Below, one piece after another: positions 38,701 to 49,905 of a DNA stretch of 64,000 bases (positions within the stretch are counted from its first letter, which is position 1; the number at the start of each line of letters is the position of its first letter). The translations under genes and the position numbers were made by a program. A model generated the notes under the pieces. It worked only from the letters and a program-made list of their open reading frames with translations. It did no database searches and had not been told where the DNA came from. The stretch is from NCBI GenBank assembly GCA_013265495.1, contig MU057719.1:250001-314000 (forward strand), read 5' to 3'. The stretch comes from Vicugna vicugna. Lineage: Eukaryota.

Positions 38701-40959
38701 GGCAGGACATGGTTTTCAGGGCCCTGGCTCCTCCCCAAGCCCCGGGGCTGGGCTCTCAGCGTCCCTGTTTACATCTCGGCCCTGCTGTACTCAGAGGAAG
38801 GTCCTTTCCCTCCCAGAGCCTCAGTTTACCCTTCTGTACAGTGAGTCTCCAGCCCCCGTGAGGAAGCCTGTCAGGGTTTGCTCTGGGAAGAGCCCAAAGA
38901 CTTGGCACTGAGAAAATCTCCGGGGGGATGTTTAACTCCCTCCACCGTTACCCCACCTCACCCCGTCCGCCAGCCCCCAGCCCCAGAGCTCCCTTCAAGG
39001 GCGCCCCATCCCCAGGCTGATAATGACAACTGGCCTTTGTTCTCCTACTAACGGGGGTCCTTGCTCCCCAAAGAGATCACCTCTGAGCCAAGAAACTGCC
39101 CCAAGAGGAAGTGTCCTAGAAATGAGGTTGCCCAAGAGGAGAGGCCCAGACCCACCCACCTGCAGCGGCCTGACCTCCACACCCCCCTCCCTGGGGGGCG
39201 GGGCAGCGCCCTGCAGGCAGGACAGACAGATGGACAGACCGACGGGGAAGGCGAGCCCCAGGCCCGGGTGTCACTGATGAGCCGAAGGAGATGGACCATT
39301 TCCTCAGCTGCGGGCGCAGACCCTCACTTCGCCCATTCGGGGCCCCCTTCCTGACCCCCCCCACAGCCCGTGCTCCCACCTCCCACTTCCAGGCAGCCGT
39401 GGCCAAGTGCGGGCTCCCGCCAGCACCTCCTGTAAATTCCCAGGGCCGGGTTCTCTGCTGTCATTGTGGCAGCCCACCGGGCCTCCCTCAGGCTCCTAGC
39501 CTCACCTCCAGAGGCCTCGGCCTGCCCTCCCCCTTGCTCCACTCCAGCTGCTCCATCTTCTCCTCCTCCAGGGACATGAGCATCAGGGTTCCCACCTGCC
39601 CGGGGCGATGGAGACACAGGATGGGACGGAGACCCAGGCAGTCACAGGTCTCACCCAAGGCCTGGATGGCTGCCCAGGACCAGTGGCTTCACACGAGCTC
39701 AGCCACAAGGCTCTTCTTCAAAGGCCCGTGGTGCAAGAGTAAGACAGGGGAGGGGCACACCCTGGTTGAGGCCAGCTGGGGACCCCGGAGCCTGCCCACC
39801 AGCCCTCCCACCCTGAGGAGCCAGCTGGACCCCACCAAGTACAGACACCCCGAATCAGGAGGGAACCCCCACTGAGGGGGTGACAGGGCTGATCCTGTGG
39901 TGCTCAGTGTGGGCCGAATGAGATCGAGACGCAAAGCCCCTCCTGGGCCTGCCCCGAGCGAGCACAGAGGGAACCACAGGAGTAACAGCCCCGCCAGGCG
40001 TGTCTCTAGTGTGCTACCCCCTGGGCCGAGAGTCCAGCGGTTTGGGGGAAGGCGAGTTTGCCCAGGCCAGGCTCCAGCATCAACAGTTTAAACCTCGTGG
40101 TTACAAATTTCCAGATCGTCCTAGTGTTTGTATGTGGATCCCTGATATCCCAGGGCACCGTGCCTCCCCGTAGGGACAGATCCGTTTCAGCTGAGTCTGC
40201 GCAGGCCCACGCCCACGTCCGAGGATGGGGAGATGGCCGGGGCTCAGACCCGGGAGCTGAGCTGGTTAAGAGCTTGTCCCCATGAGCTGTGCTCTGCTGG
40301 TTGGGCCGCTGGGTCTCAGCTCTTAAGAAGCAAATGCTTGGAAAGGCAGAAGGGCCTCCCAGCGGAACCTCAGGGCCACTCAGAGCTGGCTAGGGGGGCA
40401 TGGGGACACCAGCAGAGAGGTGAGCTCCCACCTTGCAGCTGCACACCTGAGACCCCGGGCAGAGACGGTAGCCGGGGCACCTGGGAAAGCCGGCTGTCCC
40501 CACACAACACGGCCCGTGCCTGCATTAGGTCGTCCCTAGGAGCCGGCTGGCCGGGCTGGCCCCGTGAGCCTGGCACACGGCAGCCCGGCCGCTGGCCCTC
40601 GGCTCACTGGGTTCAGAGAAGCACTAGCTGACCAGGGGCACTATCACCCTGGTAGCCTGACCGGTCACTTCCTGGGGTTCACACTCAGGGAGGTGCCCCC
40701 ATCAGTGCAGCCTGTCCGCTGGCAAGCTGTCCCCTCCCCAGCCTCAGTTTCCTGCTCCGTAACATAAGCCCTCCGCCCTCTGCCCCACTGGTGTGTGACT
40801 CCAGAGCTCCCTCCTGGGGATGCCCTGGTCGTCAGGCAGCGCCTCCGTGGTGCCCGCAGCAGAGCAAGAACGGGCCCGAGTCCGAGCCCCTCTCCTCAGC
40901 CTAAGGAAACGGAAACTCGGGGGAGCTGCAGGAAGGAAGGATGCGCGAGGCCCAGCCGG

Positions 40960-41250
40960 CGGCTGGGAAGGTGGGAAACAGCCCGCACGGACCCCGATGA
41001 GCATCTGTCAGATGATAAAGGGTCAGCTCCAGTAAAGCACACGCGCGTGCTGAAAACAATATACTGCCAAGTGGGGGAAAAGGCAGTTTAAAATTATATA
41101 CAGAAAATTTCCAGTTATAAATCCTTACACAGAAACCTGGAAAGAACTCCCCACCCCGATTTGTTCTCAGGAGTGACTTCTGGCAGTGGAGCCGGGTGCT
41201 CACTAACATTCTCCTTCGTCATTTTCTTCCTTTTCTATAATGAGTATTTA
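40960..41250 (+). mobile_element. old L1 (L1ME-like) 3' fragment
   Basis: AT-richer block (ATACTGCCAAGTGGGGGAAAAGGCAGTTTAAAA...CAGAAACCTGGAAAGAA...TTTTCTATAATGAGTAT) resembling recalled L1ME 3' ends. Confidence 0.5.
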
Positions 41251-41261
41251 AAGTCAGAGAA

Positions 41262-41428
41262 GGGAGAGGGTGTAGCTCAGTGGTAGAGTGCATGCTTAGC
41301 ATTCATGGGGTCATGGGTTCGATCCCCAGTAACTCTGTTAAATAAAAAAATAACAAAATCAATAAATCTAATTACCCTCCCCCCAAAATTTTTAATTAAA
41401 AAACAATAATAAAATAAAATTAGAAAAA
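41262..41428 (+). mobile_element. tRNA-Ala-derived camelid SINE (Vic-1 type), full length
   Basis: GGGAGAGGGTGTAGCTCAGTGGTAGAGTGCATGCTTAGCATTCATGGGGTCATGGGTTCGATCCCCAGTAAC, body AATAAATCTAATTACCCTCCCCCC, A-rich tail. Confidence 0.9.
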
Positions 41429-43934
41429 AGTAGGGTTCGCAAAAGTCTGTCTGCAACATATATGAAACCTGATTTTTGATGTTGCAGCCAACTCCAGCTC
41501 GGGTTCTAGCTCAGAAGACCCCATCCCACCCCGACCCTGTGACCCCCACGTGACTGCCTCGTGAACCCTGAAGCCAGGGGTCATGTCTCTTCTCTCAGCC
41601 ACCTCCCCACGCTGCCCCACCCTCCCCTCCTGGGGGGCCCCCAGCCCCCACCGTCCTGCCGCCCCCCTCCCCAGGCAGGCTCTGCTCCAGCAGTGCTGTG
41701 CCGGAAACACCCATGTCAACTTTGCACCGATAAGGATATGCCTGCCCTCGCTTGATCGGCTGCGAGGAGATTTATCTGATCTGCCCACCTTGTCACTGGG
41801 CCAGGTGAGATTAATAATACACTTAATTTCACCAGCACGGAAGGTTGCATCTAAATGGCCAAAATATTTGGACTACAGCGTGACAAGTGAGATCATTTCA
41901 GTGGTTTTTAAAGGCTGATGCAGAACCCGCTTGGCTTTTGTCCCTGGCTGTTGCCAACACAGCTGAATGGCTGGGCTCATCCAAGAGGTTCTGAGCTGTA
42001 GGACGGTGCCCTGAGCCCCCACACTGACCACAGCACCCCACAAGTGTGCCCTCCCTCAGCAGTGCCTCCTGTGAGCCAGCAGTGGAGGGTCAGAGGGGCG
42101 GGGGCAGCTTGGAAGGGAACCGACACAGTCCAGGTCCCCCTCCCTCGATCTCCAGGTGACACCCTGGAGTGCCACATGCCCCGTGGGCCAGGTTCCACCA
42201 AGGTGGACCAGACACTCACAGGCCAGAAAGAGGACAGGACATAAGACCAAGGGGGTGTCAGGGCACGTTGGCCCAGAGGCGCCTGGCTATGGGACAGGGT
42301 CTGGTCAGGGGACATGAGAGAGCAAAGTCTCCCGCTGGGGAGGTCAGAGCACAGCTGGGGAGGGGGTGGGGGTGATGGGGGTTCGAGGTGCTCAGTGTGG
42401 AGCAACAGTCCTGCCCCCGCAGGTTGGAGTGGCCTAGGCTTGGAAGGGCCTCGATCACCTGGTAACAGTGCTGTGGCGAGGAAGGGGGTGGGAGCCCCGG
42501 GAGGGCCTGAGCCCCGGGGGACTGGCCCTCAGCTGACAGTAAGCCGAGGGCTGTGTCCACTGAGCGCTCGTCCCGGTGCTTGCGTTCTCGGGCAGAGGTG
42601 AACGCGATGATCAGCTCCGTTCTGCAGAGGGATCCGGGCTTGGAGGTGCTGTGACTTGCTTTACACTGTGGCTCACCTGGGGCACCGCCAGGAATGTGGT
42701 CCAGGTGGTCTGCGGCTGGAGCCTGGTTCTGAGAGGGCAAAGCCGGCCCCACCTGGCTGGTGGGGGAGGTTGCGGGAGAGGGAGCTGCTGCACGAACTTG
42801 CCGGGTCAGCCGGCTCAGCTCGGCTGCGGGGCGCACACTGCCCTGGCCCCCGGTGGGCCCCGTGACCAGACCACCTTGCAGAGGACGAGTGAGCAAAGCT
42901 GTCCCAGGCAGGGCTCGGGACGCCCGCAGACCACTGTGCCCCCGGAGGACCTCCCTCCTTGCCCTGCCCCAGTTTTACGCATGGGAGTCTGGGGCCCCAA
43001 AGAAGGGAGGGGCTTGCCCAAGGCCACCTCCCAAGCCTTCCAACCCCCGGAAGCTTCCAGTGGGCTCGCGAGGCCCAGCCCCCCCCCCAGCTGCCCCTGC
43101 CGCGAGCTGCGGGGGTTGGTGCCTCTCTGGGGTCCCCGCCGCCGGCCTCCGTGAATGCCCGAGCTCTTCATCACGCCCGCTGCCCCCGCTGCCCCCGGGA
43201 GTGGCTTTGTCTGGGAGCCACTTGACAGACGGGGCTGAGCAAAGGACTAACAGGATTCCTCAGCCCTGTCAGTCCAGTGATTACCGCCTTCGGCCATCTG
43301 AAGACGAATTAGTGTTGACTCTCCTCGCCCCGCCCAGACCACCAGCCCAGAGCTGTTCCCGGTGCTTCTGCATTTTACAGTCAAACTTATAGCAGAGCTG
43401 GATTTCAGGCCCCTCTGATCACGACCAGTAGGCAAAAGTGCCTGGCCAGCTGGCCAGCTCTCCTGTGAGCCCTCTGCCTCGTGGCTGGGAGCCCCAGGGG
43501 TGGGGGTAGAGACAGCTGGGCTGTCTAAGCAGCCCACAGTTGCTCTGCCTGGACCTGCGATGCCTACAAAGGATGCTCATTAACTGAGCCTCACGTCCCA
43601 TTCAGGTGGACCCTCCAGTGGACGTTAGGTTTGCTGGGTCCCATGAGCAAAGGTGCCCGCAGCTCTGTAACTGCCCCCAGGGAGGTCTAGGATGGCTTCT
43701 GGGTCGCCAAGAAGTCCTGATCTGTCTGGCAGCTGTGTCAGTATCTCCAGCAAGGCTGCACTGGCCTCCACTGGCCAGGGGCAACTCCCTGCAGGGCCCT
43801 GACGACTTCATCCCGCCACAGGCAGCCCGAAGGGAGAGACCTCTGCGCGCATTACTCGCATTCTCCAGGACACTCCAGGGCGGGATGGGGGAATCTGTGG
43901 CTTGTCCTGTGGGGCCCGGCAGACCTGGGCTCCC

Positions 43935-44128
43935 CCTGGCTCCCCTAGCTTCTGGCTGTGTGTCTTGGGCAAGTCACTTCTCTGAGCCTCTGTTTTCTCA
44001 CCAGTAAAATGGGCACCAGTGGTAGCACCACGTCCAGCATCTCAGGGTGGTGGCAGGGCCAGGGAGCATGGCACAGTGCCCAGACGGAGCGGACGTTGAT
44101 ACATTTGCCTGAAGGTAAATGAATAAAA
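43935..44128 (+). mobile_element. MIR fragment followed by an L2-like 3' terminus
   Basis: GCTGTGTGTCTTGGGCAAGTCACTTCTCTGAGCCTCTGTTTTCTCACCAGTAAAATGGG (MIR core), then GCACAGTGCCCAG...CATTTGCCTGAAGGTAAATGAATAAA. Confidence 0.7.
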
Positions 44129-46022
44129 CTTGACTGTGGGAAGAAGGAAAGGACACTCCCCAAATCGCCCTCATGGCTGAGGAAGGAGGCCAGCTCTCCT
44201 TCTGCCAGCAGGCTGCTGCACTTCTGAGCACACCCCCCCCCACTGGCTGTCCCTCATCTTCACAAGGACCTTTTTAGGAGGAGCTAGCCCCTCTGAAGCA
44301 GCGGGTCCCGCCCCACCCCTGGCCGGCATTTCCAGCTTGAACAAGAGGACACAACACCTCTTCCATAGCGAGAGCACGCCTGGTCCATCGGGGAACCGGA
44401 CCCAGCCGTCTGGGCCCCCTTTCCCATCTGTAAACAGGGAAATAAAGTCTGCCAGAGCAGCAGTGATGAGGTGAGAGCTGTCCTGACTATCAGGCCTCAT
44501 GCAAGACCCCCAGCCTAGACAAGGAGGCAGACAGATTTCTCAGTTCATAGAAGGATGGACTAATGGCAGCCATGAGGACCAAGACATTCCCTTTATGTGG
44601 GAAGAAACTGAAGTCTAGAGAGAGGAACGGATGCTGCACAGGACTGTTGCAGGGGCCTGGAGCCACGGCACGAGAGGAGTGCAAGGCAGGCGGGATGCCA
44701 GCAACAGCAGAGACAAACAGATGGCCTCAGGGAGAAGCCTGGCAAGACAGCTTCTGAGAGGAGCAGGGGGATGAGGTCTGAGATGGACGGGGTGGATGGA
44801 GCCCACGTGAGAATCCAGGTGACCCCCTGCCCTTTCCACAGCAGGCCAAGGGATTCAGTGGGTCATGGGCTGATTTCTGTCCTAGTGCCCAGAAGAGGAA
44901 TCATAGATGTGACTCCTGACCCAGCCTGTCCTCTCCAAATGAAGGGAATAAAGCTGCAATCTAAAAATGACTTCACATATCAAGCTGCATGGGGTGCGGC
45001 TAAAGCAGTGCTTGGAGGGAAACTCGCAGCCTCAAATAATTACATTACGGAAGGAGAAAGATCCAAAATCAGTGACCTAAGCTTTCACTTTAGGGTGATT
45101 AAAAAAAGAGACAGAGGAAAGCAAACCAAATCCAAAGTAAGTGGAAGGAAGGACAGAATGAAGATAACAGCACAAATTCATGAAATAGAAACAGACCCGG
45201 GAGAACCAGCAAAGCCAAAGACGGGGTCTTTGAAAATGTTGATGAAATTGGCAAACTTCTGTCGAGGGCAATCAAGAGAAAAGAGAGCAAAACTTACCAA
45301 GATGAAGGGGTCATCACTACAGACCCTACAAATATTAGTCAGATAATAAGGGAATACTGTATACAACTTCACACCCCAGAGCATGGCAACGTGGACGAGA
45401 TGGACATATTTCTTGGGAAAGACAACTTACCAAAACTGATAGAAGAAGGGGAAGAAAATCTATAGCTATTAAGGAAGTCTAATTGATCAGAAATAATCCC
45501 CAAACTCCAGGCCCAGATGGTTTCATTGATGAATTCTGTCAATCGTTCAAATCTTGTATCAAAGATTTAAGAGAAATGTTTTTCAAAATTTTAATGAAAT
45601 ATCAAAATATTAACAACGTAAATCCAAAAATATTGAAAAAGGGATGATACCTCATGAGGTAACTTCTCAATTCCTGAGACTCATCTCACGAATGCAGTGT
45701 TGGTTTGACATTTGAAAAACAATAGAATTCACCATATTAACAGACTAATGGAGGAAAATCTTCCCATTTCAAAAGAAAAGTAGGTGATTTCAAAAGATTC
45801 AGAAAAAACACTTAGAAAATTCATTGCACATTCATAATAAAAAAAAAACTCAGTAAATTAGGTACAGTAGGGAACTTCTTCAAACTGATAAAGGGAATAT
45901 ACAGAAAACCAATTTATAGTCACCATCATCCTTAATGGCGAAAAACTGCCTTGTTTCCCAGAGACTGGTAACAAGGATTTTCTCTTGCTACTCCTGTTCA
46001 GCATTGTACTGACCATCCTAGA

Positions 46023-46059
46023 CTAAGCATGCGCTCTACCACTGAGCTACACCCTCCCC
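46023..46059 (-). mobile_element. 37-bp 5' head of a Vic-1-type SINE (3'-truncated)
   Basis: Reverse complement GGGGAGGGTGTAGCTCAGTGGTAGAGCGCATGCTTAG, nearly identical to the heads of the other copies in the window. Confidence 0.88.
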
Positions 46060-46712
46060 TCAACCGAAGCAAATTTTTAAAAGAAGAACAAAGTTGGAAG
46101 ATTTACCTTATCTGAGCAAGAGTATCTATACAGCTACATTAATCAAGACAGTTTGTTATTTGGCAAAGGTTTATATATGTGTATATATGTAAAATAATGC
46201 TGCATTTTATATTATATAAAATAATACATAATGGGTGTGTGTGTATATCTATATATGATCAGAGAAGACCTTGAACTTCACCTGTTACGGAGAGAATGTA
46301 TACATTCTCCATATACATATGGAACAGAATAGAGCATTCAGAAATAGACAGGCTCACACTCCCCTGTGGCCAAACGCTGACACAGATGCCAAAGCAATCC
46401 GGTGGAGAAAGGAAAGTTTCCAACAAATGTTGTTGTCTCCACCGGATCCATATAAAAAATTACACATCAACTGTTACATCATACGCAGAAATTAATTTGA
46501 GATGGATCAAAAATGAAATTTCAAACATAAACTTACAAAACCTATAGAAGAAAATTTGGGGGGGAAAAAAACCTTTGTCAACATGGGGAGGCAAAGGATT
46601 CTAAGATAGAACACAAAAATCATGAACCTTTTTTCAAGAAGCTGTATTGGGCTTCATCAAAATTAAAAATTTTCGTTCTTCAGAAGATAGCATCAAAAAA
46701 TAAAAAGACAAA

Positions 46713-46806
46713 GGGGGAGGGTGCAGCTCAAACGGTAGAGCACATGCTTAGCATGCACAAGGTCCTGGGTTCAATCCTCAGTACCTCCACTAAAAATAAT
46801 AATCTT
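46713..46806 (+). mobile_element. Vic-1-type SINE (short form) nested in L1, with target-site duplication
   Basis: GGGGGAGGGTGCAGCTCAAACGGTAGAGCACATGCTTAGCATGCACAAGGTCCTGGGTTCAATCCTCAGTACCTCCACTAAAAATAAT; flanking direct repeat AAAAAGAC at 46702-46709 and 46808-46815. Confidence 0.92.
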
Positions 46807-48319
46807 AAAAAAGACGAGGCACATATTGAGGGGAAAAAAATCACAAGACGTGTATCAGACAGAGTTTGTGTATCTAGAACATATAAAGGATGTTTAAAGC
46901 TCAACAGTAAAAAGACCAGCAGCTAAACTTAAAAGAGGGCAAGAGATTTCCACACACGTTCCACAAAAGAAGATATACAGACAGCCAGTGAGCACACAAA
47001 ACGCGTGCGGAGTCACGAACCACCGAGGAGCTGCCAGGGAAGCCTCCACGAGACAAGCACTCCACACCACCCGAGCGGCTAACATTAAGAAGACTGGCCG
47101 TCGACTGTCGGCGAGGGGCTGGAGCAACCGCACCTCTCATTCACTACTGTAAGCATATGATGTGATTGAGTCTCCTTGGAAAAATTTAGTATTTTCTTAA
47201 AAAGTTAAATATACATCAACCGTATGACCCAACTATTCGCTCCGAGGATGTGTGTTCACAAAACGGCTTGTACGTGGCGGGCACTGTCCCTCCACCCCGC
47301 CACGTGTCACCAGAGTCAGCAGACAGAAAGAGACCAGGATGTGGCCACACGTGGTTTAGGAGAAAGGGGGGGCCTGGAGGGTCAAGCCTTGGCTCTGCGA
47401 CTTGTTAGGCTTGTGTCTTTCCCTCTGCAACCCCCCACTTCCTCTTCCTGGGCTGTCAAGGGGGAGAGGATGGCAGTGACCTTCTGGGATGTGGCCGAGA
47501 GACCGTAGTGGACAGTACCAGCTCAGTGAGCACCAGGCTCCAGAGACAGGGAGGGAGGAGACTCGGGGGCGCCGTGGGCAGTGTGCCCGCGATGTCGGTG
47601 CCCCCCGCCACGTGTCTGCTTGTGGTGTGGGTGCCAGACGGGGCAGAGAAGAGTCAGTGGGCATCGGGAACGGAGGAGCAGGGGAACGCAGACAGACCTG
47701 TCTGGCTCGGGGGGCCCTGCTCCCAGCCCAGGTCTGGGAGGGATTGCCTGCGGCCCCCGGGGCTCGGGACCGGGAGCGTTGGCGGGAACGGGAGCTGCCA
47801 GTCCCAGGAACGGGACTCCCCAGGCCCGTGCTGAGCTCTGCGGGAGCGGAGGGTCGCGGGCGGGGGGGCGTTACCTCACACCACTTAGGGTCCCAAGTCC
47901 CAGCATCCTCATGTCCTGCGGTGACCCCAGCAACTCAGGTCTGTCTCTGTGTCCAGGGCCCCAGAGACGTCGGGGGCCCAGGGGCACAAGCGGCTCCTGT
48001 CGTGTTAAGAAGACGCCCTCAGCCCGAAAGGACGAGCCACGCGCTCTGCGGGCCCCGCCCTCACCCACGCCGCCTAGAATTTGCCTGCATTTTCTTTCCA
48101 ATCCCCCAAAACTAATGACAAGGAGTCACTTGTGCTAGTTTTGTCTCATCAGGAGACTTGAACCTCACTTGTGGTGGGGCGACAACTTTTCTCTGAAGAG
48201 GACGGCATTCCAAGATAAATGAGGTGTGCTCCCTGCTCTGGCCAAGAATTGGGGGCCTCAGAGGAGGAACAGAGACCCTTCCCCCTGAAGTGTAAGCCCC
48301 TCCCGTTCTCAGAGGCCGG

Positions 48320-48440
48320 GGGCATAGCCTAGGCGTCAGGCAGACCTGGCCTCAAATCTGTCTCCAGCCTTGCGACCTTGGTCCAATCCCGAAACTCGGA
48401 GACCCCAAATCCTCGTCTGTAAAATGAGGGGAGAGGACGC
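48320..48440 (+). mobile_element. MIR SINE fragment
   Basis: GCGTCAGGCAGACCTGGCCTCAAATC...TGCGACCTTGG...TCCTCGTCTGTAAAATGAGG. Confidence 0.65.
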
Positions 48441-49054
48441 CCCCTCGCACAGGCCAGCTCTGAGGCTCTGAGAGGGCAGGGCTCAGCAGCCAGGGCACCG
48501 GGGGACCTCGCCCTGCAGCCTGGACACAGGCGGAAGCAGGGACGGGAGCCGCCCCTGCCCGGACTCCTGCCCCTCCCCCGCCCTTCCCCTCCGGGTAGCC
48601 TCAGGCCTCCAGCCAGGACCCCCCACCAGTGAACCCCCCCATAAGCAGGGCCTGGCGGGAGGAAGTGTTAGGTTGTGGTTAGTGTGGGGGCCGCCAGAGC
48701 TGCGCTGGGGACACCCTCCCGCCAATGTCACCCTGCTCGGAGTGGGCTTGCGGGCGGCCGCTGGTGGTGCCCGACCTGGGCCCCGGGTGCCCTCGCTCGC
48801 ACCGTGCCGGCCCTCCCAGGCCTTCCTCCTGTGACTTTTCACGGCTCTGTGAACACCAGCTTCGAAACACACGCGCCTTCCCCTGTGTTGAGAAGTTGGA
48901 GGGCTGAATGGTTCTTTGTCTAAAGGGGACCCCATAGCAGGGCAAGGACCAGGTAGGGGGGCTTCGGCCTGTGACGCCAAGCCAAGTAGCCACCTGGAGA
49001 CACATGTTTGTCTGGCAAGTGGCTGAGAACCAGAAGCATCCAGGGCCGGGTGGC

Positions 49055-49548
49055 TATCGCTCCATTACACGCTGCCTCCAAACTTGGTAGCTCACAGCAG
49101 CCGCTATACCTCAAGACTGGGCGGGTCGGGAATCCCAGTGGGGCTCCACTAGGCAACCCCTCTGCTCCACGGGCCGCTGGCTGGGAGCTGCTGGTGGTAT
49201 TCAGCAGACAGCCAGGCTGGTCTGGACGGCTTTCTTCACACGCGTGGTTCCTTGCCGCATGACTAGATGGCTGGGCTCAGCTGGGACTCTCACCCAGACT
49301 GCCTCCACGTGGCCTCTCTGACACGGTGTTCTCAGGGTCGCTGGACTTCTCATGTCACAGCCAAGGGCTCCTAGGATGTCCGAATAGGTCTGGGGGTGGG
49401 GGGAAGGAGGCTGCAAGTCTCCATCTGACCCAGACTTGGAAGTCAGCGGCGTCATTTCCATGGCGTGCTATTGGTTGAGAAGGCTGTAGAGCCAGCCCAG
49501 GTTCAAGGGGAAAGGAGTCGACTCCACCTCTCAGTGGCAGAGGGATCA
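49055..49548 (-). mobile_element. MaLR solo LTR (MLT1 family)
   Basis: CCAAACTTGGTAGCTCACAGCAGC, GGCTGGGCTCAGCTGGGAC, CCACGTGGCCTCTC, CTTGGAAGTCA...CATTTCCA...CTATTGGT...GCCAGCCCAGGTTCAAGGGGAAAGG...ACTCCACCTCTC follow the recalled antisense MLT1 layout; subfamily uncertain. Confidence 0.75.
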
Positions 49549-49620
49549 CTTTGGAAGGGCTCTCTAGCAAGGATGCTTCCTTGGCTGGCTGTCCAGTGAG
49601 CCCATGAGAAAGGTGTTTTA

Positions 49621-49905
49621 GCATCTGCATCTGCAGCAGCATCATTATCACCATCATCGGCATCAGCAGCACACCACCATCGTCTCGTGACCACCAGCAT
49701 CAGCACCATCACCACCATCGTCTCGTGACCACCAGCATCATCTTCTTTACCACCATTGCCACCATCACCATCACCACCAGCATCATCATCATCACCACCA
49801 TCGTCTCGTGACCACCAGCATCATCTTCTTTACCGCCATCGCCTCCATTGCCACCATCACCACCACCTCCACCTCCACCATCTCCTCTACCATCATCATC
49901 CCATC
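49621..49905. repeat. (CAT/CAC/CAG)n low-complexity array containing three copies of a 31-bp module
   Basis: CACCACCATCGTCTCGTGACCACCAGCATCA at 49672-49702, 49710-49740 and 49793-49823. Confidence 0.93.

Larger units (their letters stand above)
44960..47280 (+). mobile_element. decayed LINE-1 ORF2 fragment (old L1M), internally deleted and interrupted by two SINE pieces
   Basis: Translation TYQAAWGAAKAVLGGKLAASNNYITEGERSKISDLSFHF...RKDRMKITAQIHEIET matches L1 ORF2 [39 protein letters not shown]...; further DNA equivalents of PGPDGF (~45507), LNGEKL/LLFNIVL (~45930-46020) and KKNKVG (~46080); A-rich + strand; many stops and frameshifts. Confidence 0.92.

Noticed and set aside
44771..45346. 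191-aa ORF with natural-looking composition
   Set aside because: Its C-terminal two thirds is decayed L1 ORF2; not a host gene, and the rest of the element is full of stops and frameshifts
46713..46790. tRNA-Ala(AGC)-like cloverleaf (also at 5039 and 41262)
   Set aside because: Followed by SINE body/A-rich tail, has a TSD, diverged stems and multiple dispersed copies: SINE heads, not tRNA genes
49672..49823. CRISPR-like 31-bp direct repeats
   Set aside because: Mammalian DNA, irregular spacing, spacers are the same CAT/CAC low-complexity sequence, no cas genes
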